A stretch of DNA of 64,000 bases from Ignavibacteria bacterium (lineage in GTDB: Bacteria; Bacteroidota; Ignavibacteria; Kapaibacteriales; UBA4661), in the NCBI GenBank assembly GCA_014654705.1, contig JACVZY010000025.1:4640-68639 (forward strand), given 5' to 3'. Made by a program: the position numbers and the translations under genes. Shown one piece after another: positions 28,950-37,431 of this stretch (within the stretch, counting starts at the first letter, position 1; the number at the start of each line of letters is the position of its first letter). The notes under the pieces were generated by a model. That model was not told where the DNA came from, did no database searches, and worked only from the letters and a program-made list of their open reading frames with translations.

Positions 28950-30788
28950 TTACCGCACCACACTCACCAGACCGCTTTGCGTCTTGCTACCTGCTTCCAA
29001 GCGGTAGCCATATACGCCGCTTGGAAGCCCGGCACTTTGCCAAACTAACTGATGCCGACCTGCCGAGAACACGTTATCCACGACCGTTTGCAATGGTGCG
29101 CCCAGCATTGTGTACGTCGTCAACTTGACGTTACTCGCTGTTGGCAATGTGAACGTAAAGGTTGCCTCATCGCTCGTCGGGTTTGGATAGACAGCTTCGA
29201 GTGTCGGCTCTCCTCCCTTCGTTTCTTGAACTGCACTCATCACTCGCAGCGCTTTTGCTGCTTGCACTGCGGCAGCTGCGTTTACTCGTCCCCAACCGTA
29301 GTACATATCCCACCCTGGCACGTCTTCACTTGCCGAACCGACACCATCAATAGCTGTATTTTTCAGAATAGTACGCACTTCGTCAAGCGTCAGTCTGGGC
29401 TGAACGCTCAACATTAACGAGACGATACCACTAACAATGGGGGTTGCTTGCGATGTGCCGCACCAATTAGTTACTACGCCATCGGTGTTTCGATAGCCAG
29501 AGATTTGCTCTCCGGGCGCAACCACGAGAAGGTGAGCACCATAGTTACTGCCACTGGTGGTACTAAAGCAAAATGGCACTGCACGTGCGCCCTGATTATT
29601 GATTGCTCCGACGGCAATAGATTCGGTAAACGCCGCCGGATAATAGGGAACATTGTTATTTGTGTTCATCATACACGCCACGACAATAGCACCCTTGCTA
29701 TGCGCATAGATTATTGCATCCTCCAAAGCACTGCTTCTTCCTGCACCTCCTACGCTCAAATTCAGCACTTTCGCACCTTTGTCCACAGCAAAGCGTATAC
29801 CGTTAATCCACCACGAATACTGCCCCGAATTACTGCTGTTCAGAATTTTTACCGATAAAATTTTACATTTCCAGTCCACTCCCGCAATACCAACGCCGTT
29901 ATTACCCTTTGCCGTAGCTATACTCATTACGTTCGAGCCGTGTCCGTGGTCGTCTGTTGGGTCGGCATCGTTATTTACGTAATCATATCCCTCAAGCAAA
30001 CGCCCAGCAAAATCAGGCATTGCAGCAGCCCCGACTGGTTGTCCAGAGTCGAGAATAGCAACAATTATGGAATCAACCCCTTGCGTGAGAGACCATGCTG
30101 GCGTAAGATTTGCATCGACACCAATGCTACCGTTCTTTGTACCAATTCTTTGTCCCGTATTTTGCAGCCCCCATTGTTGCACAAAATAAGGATCGTTGGG
30201 GGTAAGTGATTGAAGTTTAGCTACGTTTTTTCGCACATCGTCATCGGCTTTTTCCATCACCTGCTCTGAATTATCCCCTTCACCTGCAAACACACCACCA
30301 CCACTGCCGATATAATCTGGTTCGGCATATTCCAGTGATGAAGCGAGTGAGCCAGATGCTGCTATTGCTTGCAGGACACCTTGCGCTTCATATCCTGACC
30401 GGCATTCCGCAACATAAATTCTATCCAGCCCACACTGATAGGCTTCTTTGTTGGTATGGTCAAGATTCGGGCATAATTGCTGCAATGTTTGAATGCCAAC
30501 ACCGTGCGCCAGCGAGAGTATTGGTGCTGACTGCTGCCCCGCAATCTCGCCGATATTCCATACTGCGCCCACTTCGGAACTTCCTTTTCGGCTTTGCACG
30601 GGCAGCGCGGCTTTGAGTGCTTGCACTTCGGCTTCTAGTGCCGATTGTGCTTTGACTTTCAGAAGCATCCGCTTCGGATGTGCCGGATGAGTCAGCGACT
30701 CTTGAGCAAGAATTGGAAAAGAAGCCGCGCAGAAAAAAAGTACAACACTGCATACCATTGGGATAAAAACATGAATCCTTGTATTCAT
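28950..30788 (-). CDS. S8-family subtilase with a T9SS C-terminal sorting domain
   Basis: It has a signal peptide and an I9-like propeptide. The catalytic Asp, His (DDHGHGSNV) and Ser (GTSQATPIVSGI) are present. The C-terminal ~80 aa (LEAVYPNPTS...GVYGYRLEAG...) form a T9SS CTD. Confidence 0.88.
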   Translation of the reverse strand: MNTRIHVFIPMVCSVVLFFCAASFPILAQESLTHPAHPKRMLLKVKAQSALEAEVQALKAALPVQSRKGSSEVGAVWNIGEIAGQQSAPILSLAHGVGIQTLQQLCPNLDHTNKEAYQCGLDRIYVAECRSGYEAQGVLQAIAASGSLASSLEYAEPDYIGSGGGVFAGEGDNSEQVMEKADDDVRKNVAKLQSLTPNDPYFVQQWGLQNTGQRIGTKNGSIGVDANLTPAWSLTQGVDSIIVAILDSGQPVGAAAMPDFAGRLLEGYDYVNNDADPTDDHGHGSNVMSIATAKGNNGVGIAGVDWKCKILSVKILNSSNSGQYSWWINGIRFAVDKGAKVLNLSVGGAGRSSALEDAIIYAHSKGAIVVACMMNTNNNVPYYPAAFTESIAVGAINNQGARAVPFCFSTTSGSNYGAHLLVVAPGEQISGYRNTDGVVTNWCGTSQATPIVSGIVSLMLSVQPRLTLDEVRTILKNTAIDGVGSASEDVPGWDMYYGWGRVNAAAAVQAAKALRVMSAVQETKGGEPTLEAVYPNPTSDEATFTFTLPTASNVKLTTYTMLGAPLQTVVDNVFSAGRHQLVWQSAGLPSGVYGYRLEAGSKTQSGLVSVVR

Positions 30789-30837
30789 ATTTCGAGCCTC
30801 AAAAAAGAATCAGAAAAAAAACTTGCTGAAAGAAAAT

Positions 30838-32325
30838 TTACCGCACAACATTCACAAAACCGCTTTGCACCGAAGCGCCGTCCACTTCCAAACGGTAGCC
30901 GTACACACCGCTCGGCAAACCCATGCTCTGCCACGTCATGCTGTGCCGTCCCGCAGGGAACGGGGCGTCCGACACCGTTTGCAGGATGCTTCCAAGCGTC
31001 GTGCAGACCGTGAGCTTTACACGGCTTGCTTTGGAAAGGCTGAGAGCGAAGGTAACATCGCCGCTCGTGGGATTCGGATAGACCGCTTCCAGTAATGGCT
31101 CCAAAGCCTGTGCATCCCGCACTGACGTTATGGTGTAAGCATAGGGAACAGGCTGCGTGGCGAGAGCTTCCAAGCGCAAAAGACCATGACTGCGGGAAGC
31201 ACACGAATCATTCGCCACGTAGCGGATAATGGGGAAATTCTGCCCAATGGATTGCGGCGTGTACCGCAGCCATAAGCGTTCCAGCTTTGGCTGCCCGCTT
31301 CGCCATTCCGCTCGCAAGGAAGGCTGCCACGTGCCTGTGGAAGAAAGCGAATACTCGACACCGGAAACGGCACTCAAGGACAGCCAGCCGCTTGTAGCAG
31401 TGCTACTCGTCAGTATTGGGACAGAGGCGATAGTGCTTCGAGCGATGGACATTTGCCCGAAGGTAAGTTTCACTCCTTGAAATTGTCGTTGCTCAAGAGA
31501 AATCCCCTCAGCCTGTGGCACTGACATACCGAAGACTGATGTTCGTGGTTGAACTAGAAAGAAACATGGAACAGACCAACCAAGATTGTCTGTTGCAATT
31601 ACAGTACAAAGTATTGACTGACAAAGGTTGGAGGTCTTATTAAGACCGTAATACAGAGTCGGTCTTGGGTTTACATTACCCTGAATGAGTGTGCTATCTA
31701 AATTCTTTACACGCACTGCTACAACAGATTGATTCTCAGATTCGGCACTATATTTCATTCCTGTTTGCAAAGAAATAGTGTTTTGAGAAACTCCTATTGC
31801 AACGTTATTAAAATTGAAAAAAACTGAATTGACTCCACCAAAATCGTTTCGCCATTGCGGAGATTCAAGTTCAATACGGTCTTCGGTAGGTGTTTGTCCC
31901 GTAGGAATCAAAAGTGCCTTATCTTGTATTTGGTTGGTCACTATCGGCGGCACTGTCTTCGGCACAGGCATCGTGAAGCGCCACACTTCCGACCATGCAC
32001 CAACATTCATGCTGTCCAGCCGTGCGCGGACACGCCAGAATGCCGTCAGTTCCGCAGGCACATATGGAAGCGATGTTCGGCGAATGGTGATGGTGTTTTG
32101 GGTGGCACTCAACGTCTGCACCGTTGGCAGAGTAAAGAGGCTATCCCACCCGATAGCAACTTCATAACGCGAGGCATCAGAAAGAGGCTTCCACCGAAGG
32201 CGGATAAGAGAATCGGCTACGAGAGTAGCATTTGGAGGAGTAACTAAGCGAGGCTGCGCGTAAGCAAGGGGCATAGCACCAAGCGACAACGCAGCAATCA
32301 TAACAAACATGAGTACGGAACGCAT
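30838..32325 (-). CDS. T9SS-CTD cargo protein with an N-terminal fibronectin-III-like domain (tandem paralog 1)
   Basis: The start is the internal ATG MRSVLMFVMIAALSLGAMPLAYAQ, which gives a signal peptide. The upstream in-frame extension is the duplicated intergenic block and is not coding. The C-terminal CTD is YPNPTSGDVTF...GVYGYRLEVDG. Confidence 0.8.
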   Translation of the reverse strand: MRSVLMFVMIAALSLGAMPLAYAQPRLVTPPNATLVADSLIRLRWKPLSDASRYEVAIGWDSLFTLPTVQTLSATQNTITIRRTSLPYVPAELTAFWRVRARLDSMNVGAWSEVWRFTMPVPKTVPPIVTNQIQDKALLIPTGQTPTEDRIELESPQWRNDFGGVNSVFFNFNNVAIGVSQNTISLQTGMKYSAESENQSVVAVRVKNLDSTLIQGNVNPRPTLYYGLNKTSNLCQSILCTVIATDNLGWSVPCFFLVQPRTSVFGMSVPQAEGISLEQRQFQGVKLTFGQMSIARSTIASVPILTSSTATSGWLSLSAVSGVEYSLSSTGTWQPSLRAEWRSGQPKLERLWLRYTPQSIGQNFPIIRYVANDSCASRSHGLLRLEALATQPVPYAYTITSVRDAQALEPLLEAVYPNPTSGDVTFALSLSKASRVKLTVCTTLGSILQTVSDAPFPAGRHSMTWQSMGLPSGVYGYRLEVDGASVQSGFVNVVR

Positions 32326-32374
32326 AGACACGGGGACAATAAGGGGACAAAACTGATTGTCGGCTAATATACGC

Positions 32375-32410
32375 AAAAACGCCGAAAGAGAATGCTCTTT
32401 CGGCGTTTTT
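32375..32410 (-). terminator. intrinsic terminator after paralog 2 (copy of the rplQ terminator)
   Basis: The sequence aaaaacgccgaaagag-aatgc-ctctttcggcgttttt forms a 16-bp stem flanked by A and T runs. Confidence 0.7.
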
Positions 32411-32431
32411 GCGTAATCATCTACAACTTCA

Positions 32432-33964
32432 TTACCGCACAACACTGACAAATCCGCTCTGCACCGAAGCGCCGTCCACTTCCAAACGGTAGCCGTACAC
32501 GCCGCTCGGCAAGCCCGCGCTCTGCCACGTCATGCTGTGCCGTCCCGCAGGAAACGGAGCATCCGACACCGTTTGCAGAATGCTCCCAAGCGTCGTGCAG
32601 ACCGTGAGTTTCACACGGCTTGCTTTGGAAAGGCTGAGAGCGAAGGTAACATCACTACTCGTGGGATTCGGATAGACCGCTTCCAGCACTGGCTCCAAAG
32701 CCTGTGCATCCCGCACTGACGTTATGGTGTAGGCGTAGGGAACAGGCTGCGTGGCGAGAGCTTCCAAACGTAAAAGACCGTGATTACGAGTATCGCATGA
32801 ATCATTCACCACATAACGGATAATGGGAAAGTTCTGCCCGATGGCTTGCGGCGTGTACCGCAGCCATAGGCTTTCCAGCTTCGGCTGCCCACTTCGCCAT
32901 TCCACACGCAAGGAAGACTGCCATGAACCTGTAGAAGAAAGTGAATACTCCACGCCGGGAACTGCACTCAAGGACAGCCAGCCGCTTGTAGCGGTGCTGC
33001 TCGTCAGGATTGGGACAGAAGCGATAGTGCTTTGTGTGATAGGCATTTGAATACTTTGTTTAATGGGCATTTGACCAGAGATAAATTTTACCCCACTATT
33101 ATATTGAATAATTTGCCCAAAAGTCTCAAGTGAAAGTCCGACAACTTTGGGAAATATTGTGGTTATGCTGGGGCATGGTTTAACTAAATAGTAGCAAGGA
33201 GTTGACCAACCAGAGCGACTTGTAGCGATAACAACATTCAATATTGATTGACAGGTATCTGCACCCCGATATATGGTATAGTAGCAAGTTGGTCTCGGAT
33301 TCCACCCAGTAACTACACTGTCCCACTCAATTATTCGAGATTTAGCCACATTTATCTGGGCAAATGAATATGCTTCATATTTTATTCCTGCTGGTACAAT
33401 ATAGTATGAAGAAATGCTTTGAAATGAATTTGGATACCTGAATGTATTAGGGTCTAAAAATATATGACTAGGAACATTATCTGGTCGCCAATTTGGAAAT
33501 TCGAGTTCAAAGCGGTCTTCATTGTAAGGTGCTTGTCCAGTAGGAACAAGGAGCAATTTATCCGGTATTTGATTAACCACTATCGGCGGCATTGTCTTCG
33601 GCACAGGCATCGTGAAGCGCCACACTTCCGACCATGCACCCGCGTTCACACTGTCCAGCCGTACGCGGACACGCCAGAATGCCGTCAGTTCCGCAGGCAC
33701 GTATGGAAGCGAGGTGCGGCGAATGGTAAGGGTGTTTTGGATAGCACTCAACGTCTGCACCGTTGGCAGAGTAAAGAGACTATCCCACCCGATAGCGACT
33801 TCATATCGCGAGGCATCAGAAACGGGATTCCACCGGAGGCGGATAAGAGAATCAGCTACGAGAGTAGCATTTGCAGGAGTGATTAAGCGAGGCTGCGCGT
33901 AAGCAAGGGGCATAGCGACAAGCAACAACGCAGCAATCATAACAAACATGAGTACGGAACGCAT
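32432..33964 (-). CDS. T9SS-CTD cargo protein with an N-terminal fibronectin-III-like domain (tandem paralog 2)
   Basis: Same architecture as paralog 1. The N-terminal ~180 aa and C-terminal ~170 aa are nearly identical to paralog 1, while the central ~170 aa are only ~35% identical. Confidence 0.8.
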   Translation of the reverse strand: MRSVLMFVMIAALLLVAMPLAYAQPRLITPANATLVADSLIRLRWNPVSDASRYEVAIGWDSLFTLPTVQTLSAIQNTLTIRRTSLPYVPAELTAFWRVRVRLDSVNAGAWSEVWRFTMPVPKTMPPIVVNQIPDKLLLVPTGQAPYNEDRFELEFPNWRPDNVPSHIFLDPNTFRYPNSFQSISSYYIVPAGIKYEAYSFAQINVAKSRIIEWDSVVTGWNPRPTCYYTIYRGADTCQSILNVVIATSRSGWSTPCYYLVKPCPSITTIFPKVVGLSLETFGQIIQYNSGVKFISGQMPIKQSIQMPITQSTIASVPILTSSTATSGWLSLSAVPGVEYSLSSTGSWQSSLRVEWRSGQPKLESLWLRYTPQAIGQNFPIIRYVVNDSCDTRNHGLLRLEALATQPVPYAYTITSVRDAQALEPVLEAVYPNPTSSDVTFALSLSKASRVKLTVCTTLGSILQTVSDAPFPAGRHSMTWQSAGLPSGVYGYRLEVDGASVQSGFVSVVR

Positions 33965-34013
33965 AGACACGGGGGCGATAAGGGGACAAAAGAGATTGTC
34001 GGCTAATATACGC

Positions 34014-34049
34014 AAAAACGCCGAAAGAGAATACTCTTTCGGCGTTTTT
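34014..34049 (-). terminator. intrinsic terminator at the end of the ribosomal supercluster (after rplQ)
   Basis: The sequence aaaaacgccgaaagag-aatac-tctttcggcgttttt follows the rplQ stop at 34075. Confidence 0.75.
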
Positions 34050-34074
34050 GTATTTTTGGCATTCAGCAAAGAAT

Positions 34075-34671
34075 TTATTCCGCTGCTTTTTCTTCCGGTG
34101 CTGCCTCTGGAGCGGCATCTTCTACAACGGCTTCCGCTTCTTCTACTTGCGCTACGGCTGCTGCTACGCTTGCGGCTACTTGCTGCTGAACGCGCTGCTG
34201 TGCGGGATTTTGCGGAACGTCTTTGCGTTTTTTCTTGCGCCCGAGTGTGCGCTTACCGTCTTGTGCTTCTGCCCAATCAACCAATTCAATCACGGCTGTG
34301 CGACCACCATCACCATGACGGGTACCGGTTTTGATGATGCGGCAATAGCCACCGGGGCGATTTTCGACAACGGGAGCAATCGCATCAAAAAGCTCTTGCA
34401 AAACAGCTTTGTCTTTGATGTAGCGCCCCACGGTACGGCGTGCATGAACGTCAACGGTGTGACCATTTTGCAATTGACCGGCTTGTTCAGCCAAGTACGC
34501 ATTTTTCGCTTTGGTAATAAGTCGCTCAACGAAGGGGCGCAATTCTTTTGCTTTTGCTTCGGTGGTAGCGATTTTTTTATGCTGCAAGAGCGAGGTCGCC
34601 ATGTTGTTGAGCATTGCTCTGCGATGGCTCGCCGTGCGCTTGAGTTTTCTGCCGGAACGTAAGTGTCTCAT
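34075..34671 (-). CDS. rplQ: 50S ribosomal protein L17 with an acidic/Ala-rich C-terminal extension
   Basis: Starting at the ATG gives MRHLRSGRKLKRTASHRRAM..., which is colinear with E. coli L17 as far as IELVD. About 65 extra C-terminal residues follow (QQRVQQQVAASVAAAVAQVEEAEAVVEDAAPEAAPEEKAAE). Confidence 0.92.
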   Translation of the reverse strand: MRHLRSGRKLKRTASHRRAMLNNMATSLLQHKKIATTEAKAKELRPFVERLITKAKNAYLAEQAGQLQNGHTVDVHARRTVGRYIKDKAVLQELFDAIAPVVENRPGGYCRIIKTGTRHGDGGRTAVIELVDWAEAQDGKRTLGRKKKRKDVPQNPAQQRVQQQVAASVAAAVAQVEEAEAVVEDAAPEAAPEEKAAE

Positions 34672-34788
34672 TGTAATTGAGTACGAAAATAAAGTGTGAA
34701 TGATTATCGTCGAAAAGCCGCGCAAGAACATCGCTGAACCGCTTTTCACAAAGCGCTATTTTTCAGCGTTAGCTTTCTACAACCGTCT

Positions 34789-35787
34789 TTAGTCTTCAGC
34801 TGGTTGTTTTTCGTCTTCTTGCAGGTACTTCTCAACGTCCATACCGAAATGGAGGTTAAATTGCTGTACGATTTCTGTCAATTCGGCAAGCGATTTACGA
34901 CCGAAGTTGCGGAACTTCAGCATATCGCCTTCTTGCTTGCGCACAAGGTCGGCAAGCGTTTTGATATTTGCTGCTTTGAGGCAATTGTGGGAGCGCACCG
35001 AAAGTTCAAGGTCGTCCACCGAGGTATTCAAGATGCGGCGAACACGAGCAAACTCAGCATCGCGCGATTCGTCTTCTGCTTCGGGTTCTTCTTCAAAATC
35101 AAAATTGATGAACAGCTGGATGTGGTCGCGGAGAATACGTGCAGCCTGCTCCATTGCTTCTTCGGCAGAGAGTGTACCGTCTGTTTCCACGTCCATTGTG
35201 AGGCGTTCGTAGTCAGTTTTCTGACCCACACGGAACGGCTCGACGCTGTACTTAACGTTTTTAATCGGCGTAAAAATCGAATCCATCGGAATGGTATTGA
35301 GCGGATACTCAGGATCACGATTTTCGTCGGCAGGAACATATCCTTTGCCGCGCCCAATCATCAACTCAACTTCGATATCAGCATCTTTGGAGAGAGTGGC
35401 GATATAGTGGTCGTGATTCATTACTTCCACTTGGTCGCTGGCGGTTTGAATATCTTTTGCGGTGAAAACGTGCGGACCTTTGAGGCGGAAAGCGATTTGA
35501 GCGCCCTTTTTATCCATAATTTTCAGGCGAACACCTTTCAAATTCAGGATAATTTCGCACATATCCTCGATAACACCGGGAATAGTCTGGAATTCATGCA
35601 GAACACCACTAATGCGCACAGCGACAATGGCAGCGCCCTGAATGGAAGAAAGCAGCACACGGCGGAACGAATTGCCGATAGTAACGCCATAGCCGCCTTC
35701 GAGAGGCTGAAGAATAAAAATACCGTGATTCGGAATTGAGTTTTCGTGTACAATGACACGCTCTGGCATTTGCATGGAAAGACTCAT
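34789..35787 (-). CDS. rpoA: DNA-directed RNA polymerase alpha subunit
   Basis: 332 aa. The N-terminal domain is colinear with E. coli RpoA (..GNSFRRVLLSS..VLHEFQTIPGV..). An alpha-CTD is present. Confidence 0.95.
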   Translation of the reverse strand: MSLSMQMPERVIVHENSIPNHGIFILQPLEGGYGVTIGNSFRRVLLSSIQGAAIVAVRISGVLHEFQTIPGVIEDMCEIILNLKGVRLKIMDKKGAQIAFRLKGPHVFTAKDIQTASDQVEVMNHDHYIATLSKDADIEVELMIGRGKGYVPADENRDPEYPLNTIPMDSIFTPIKNVKYSVEPFRVGQKTDYERLTMDVETDGTLSAEEAMEQAARILRDHIQLFINFDFEEEPEAEDESRDAEFARVRRILNTSVDDLELSVRSHNCLKAANIKTLADLVRKQEGDMLKFRNFGRKSLAELTEIVQQFNLHFGMDVEKYLQEDEKQPAED

Positions 35788-35959
35788 GGTGTGTGTCCTT
35801 TGTCCGTGAAGAATTTTATCCGATTACATCAAAAAAGGAAAAATTCTGTACTATGTGAGTTTGAAGGAAATTGAAGCGGACTGCCCTGCACAACAACAAG
35901 AAAGCACCGCGTGGGCATAGTGTATGCACACACGGTACTTCCTTACATAATGCGTAAGA

Positions 35960-36349
35960 TTAGACTCTTCTGCGCTTGGGAGGGCGGCAGCCGTTGTGCG
36001 GAACGGGGGTACGATCAAGAATGATTTGTACCTCAAGACCAGATTGGTTCATTGCTCGCACAGCTGCTTCACGACCGGATCCGGGACCTTTGACAAACAC
36101 ATCTACTTTGCGCAAGCCCATATCGTATGCTTCTTTAGCAGCATTCTCTGCTGATACCTGAGCGGCATATGGGGTGTTCTTTTTAGAGCCTCGGAAGCCA
36201 TTGCGTCCGGCTGACGACCAACTAAGTACGTTGCCATAAACATCGGTTATGGTCACTTGTACGTTATTGAACGTAGCGCGAACAAAGGCTTTTCCATGAA
36301 TATCGGAAACTGTCTTTTTCTTGGCGCGTTTCGCGTAGGTTTTAGCCAT
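35960..36349 (-). CDS. rpsK: 30S ribosomal protein S11
   Basis: 129 aa. It ends with the ..[16 protein letters not shown] motif. Confidence 0.95.
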   Translation of the reverse strand: MAKTYAKRAKKKTVSDIHGKAFVRATFNNVQVTITDVYGNVLSWSSAGRNGFRGSKKNTPYAAQVSAENAAKEAYDMGLRKVDVFVKGPGSGREAAVRAMNQSGLEVQIILDRTPVPHNGCRPPKRRRV

Positions 36350-36433
36350 AGTACGTTGAGAAATGAAAGAGTACGTTGAAATAATTCGATGTTCTGAAAG
36401 GTCGGCAATGAAGAATAGCTTTTAGACAACAGT

Positions 36434-36456
36434 AGCACAGACAGTATGTCTGTGCT
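36434..36456 (-). promoter_or_regulatory. perfect 9-bp stem/5-nt loop hairpin in the unusually long rpsM-rpsK spacer
   Basis: The sequence is agcacagac-agtat-gtctgtgct. It lies inside a 210-bp gap between two genes that are normally nearly contiguous. Confidence 0.4.
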
Positions 36457-36560
36457 GCTGTGATTGCGTTTCTTTATTGCAATTGCTGAATGGTAAAGCG
36501 AATTTGGCAGAGAATAACGCCTTGTGTAACATAGAACACAAGAACCATATTCCGAAAGAA

Positions 36561-36941
36561 TTACTTCCGTGCTGCTTTCTTTTTACCGGCAACTGTTTTA
36601 CGGCGACCTTTGCGAGTACGAGAGTTTGTCCGTGTCCGTTGACCACGAACAGGGAGTCCTCGGCGGTGGCGCAAACCACGATAGCATCCAATATCCATAA
36701 GGCGCTTAATATCAAGCGAAGTCTCGCTACGCAATTGACCTTCAACGCTATATTCGTTTTGGATAATCTGGCGCAAACGCGCTATTTCTTCATCCGATAA
36801 TTCTGAAACACGCTTATTAACAGGAACGTCTGCTTTTTCGAGAATCTCGAAACAGCGAGTTTGACCAATCCCGTAGATGTATTGCAGCCCAATGAACGCG
36901 TGTTTATTTTTGGGCAAATCGACGCCAGCTATACGTGCCAA
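36561..36941 (-). CDS. rpsM: 30S ribosomal protein S13
   Basis: The N-terminus [10 protein letters not shown] is typical. 126 aa. Confidence 0.95.
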   Translation of the reverse strand: MARIAGVDLPKNKHAFIGLQYIYGIGQTRCFEILEKADVPVNKRVSELSDEEIARLRQIIQNEYSVEGQLRSETSLDIKRLMDIGCYRGLRHRRGLPVRGQRTRTNSRTRKGRRKTVAGKKKAARK

Positions 36942-36965
36942 GTTTCTGCTCCTTAAATTGAAAAT

Positions 36966-37082
36966 TTAACCTTGACGTTGCTTATGACGTGGGTTTTTCT
37001 TGTTAATAACATAGACTCTGCCTTTACGACGAACAATTTTGTCGTCGGCGCTACGTTTTTTTACTGAGGCTTGAACCTTCAT
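36966..37082 (-). CDS. rpmJ: 50S ribosomal protein L36
   Basis: Not in the ORF track because it is under 60 aa. My own translation gives [38 protein letters not shown] (38 aa). Confidence 0.85.
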   Translation of the reverse strand: MKVQASVKKRSADDKIVRRKGRVYVINKKNPRHKQRQG

Positions 37083-37166
37083 TATGGTAATCCTTAAGAA
37101 GAATGTCGTTAGTATGCGATTTTTCGGTAGTAAGCGAAAAACGAGTACAGAATTGCAAATATAACA

Positions 37167-37385
37167 TTATTTGTAACGATATACAACTCTACCTTTTGTT
37201 AAATCGTATGGCGAGAGTTCAACCGTCACTTTGTCGCCTTGAATAATCTTGATAAAATTCATCCGCATCTTACCAGACACGTGCGCAAGCACTTTATGCC
37301 CGTTTTCCAACTTCACAATAAACTGTGCGTTTGGGAGAGTTTCTTCGACAAGACCATCAACTCGTATTAAGCCTTGTTTTGCCAT
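37167..37385 (-). CDS. infA: translation initiation factor IF-1
   Basis: Starting at the internal ATG gives [30 protein letters not shown]... (72 aa). Confidence 0.92.
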   Translation of the reverse strand: MAKQGLIRVDGLVEETLPNAQFIVKLENGHKVLAHVSGKMRMNFIKIIQGDKVTVELSPYDLTKGRVVYRYK

Positions 37386-37431
37386 AGAAAATGATGCGTA
37401 AATGAAAACAGTGTTTGTGAGCAATAAGCGC

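Noticed and set aside
32326-32372. GGGGACAATAAGGGGACAAAA-type repeat, considered as a possible CRISPR or mini-array.
   Set aside because: There are only two short direct copies per block and no array of spacers. No cas genes are present. It is better explained as a duplicated promoter or leader element.
31960-32451. N-terminal extensions of the two T9SS paralog ORFs (MSVLCGNEVVDDYAKTPKEHSLSAFLRILADNQFCPLIVPVS... and MLNAKNTKTPKEYSLSAFLRILADNLFCPLIAPVS...).
   Set aside because: These are in-frame read-through of the duplicated terminator/leader block. The true starts are the internal ATGs that give MRSVLMFVMIAAL..., a canonical signal peptide. An intrinsic terminator lies inside the extension.
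34804-35739. 311-aa plus-strand ORF antisense to rpoA. Similar long antisense ORFs lie opposite tuf (50323..51177), czcA (4263..5042), nhaA (6756..7538) and the histidine kinase (9664..10158 and others).
   Set aside because: Each lies entirely within a well-supported conserved gene on the other strand. They have biased low-complexity composition and no recognisable motifs, and such shadow ORFs are typical of moderately GC-rich coding DNA.
35788-35959. Possible remnant of rpsD in the rpoA-rpsK gap.
   Set aside because: No ORF longer than about 30 codons is present and no S4-like residues appear in any frame. The gap is simply non-coding.
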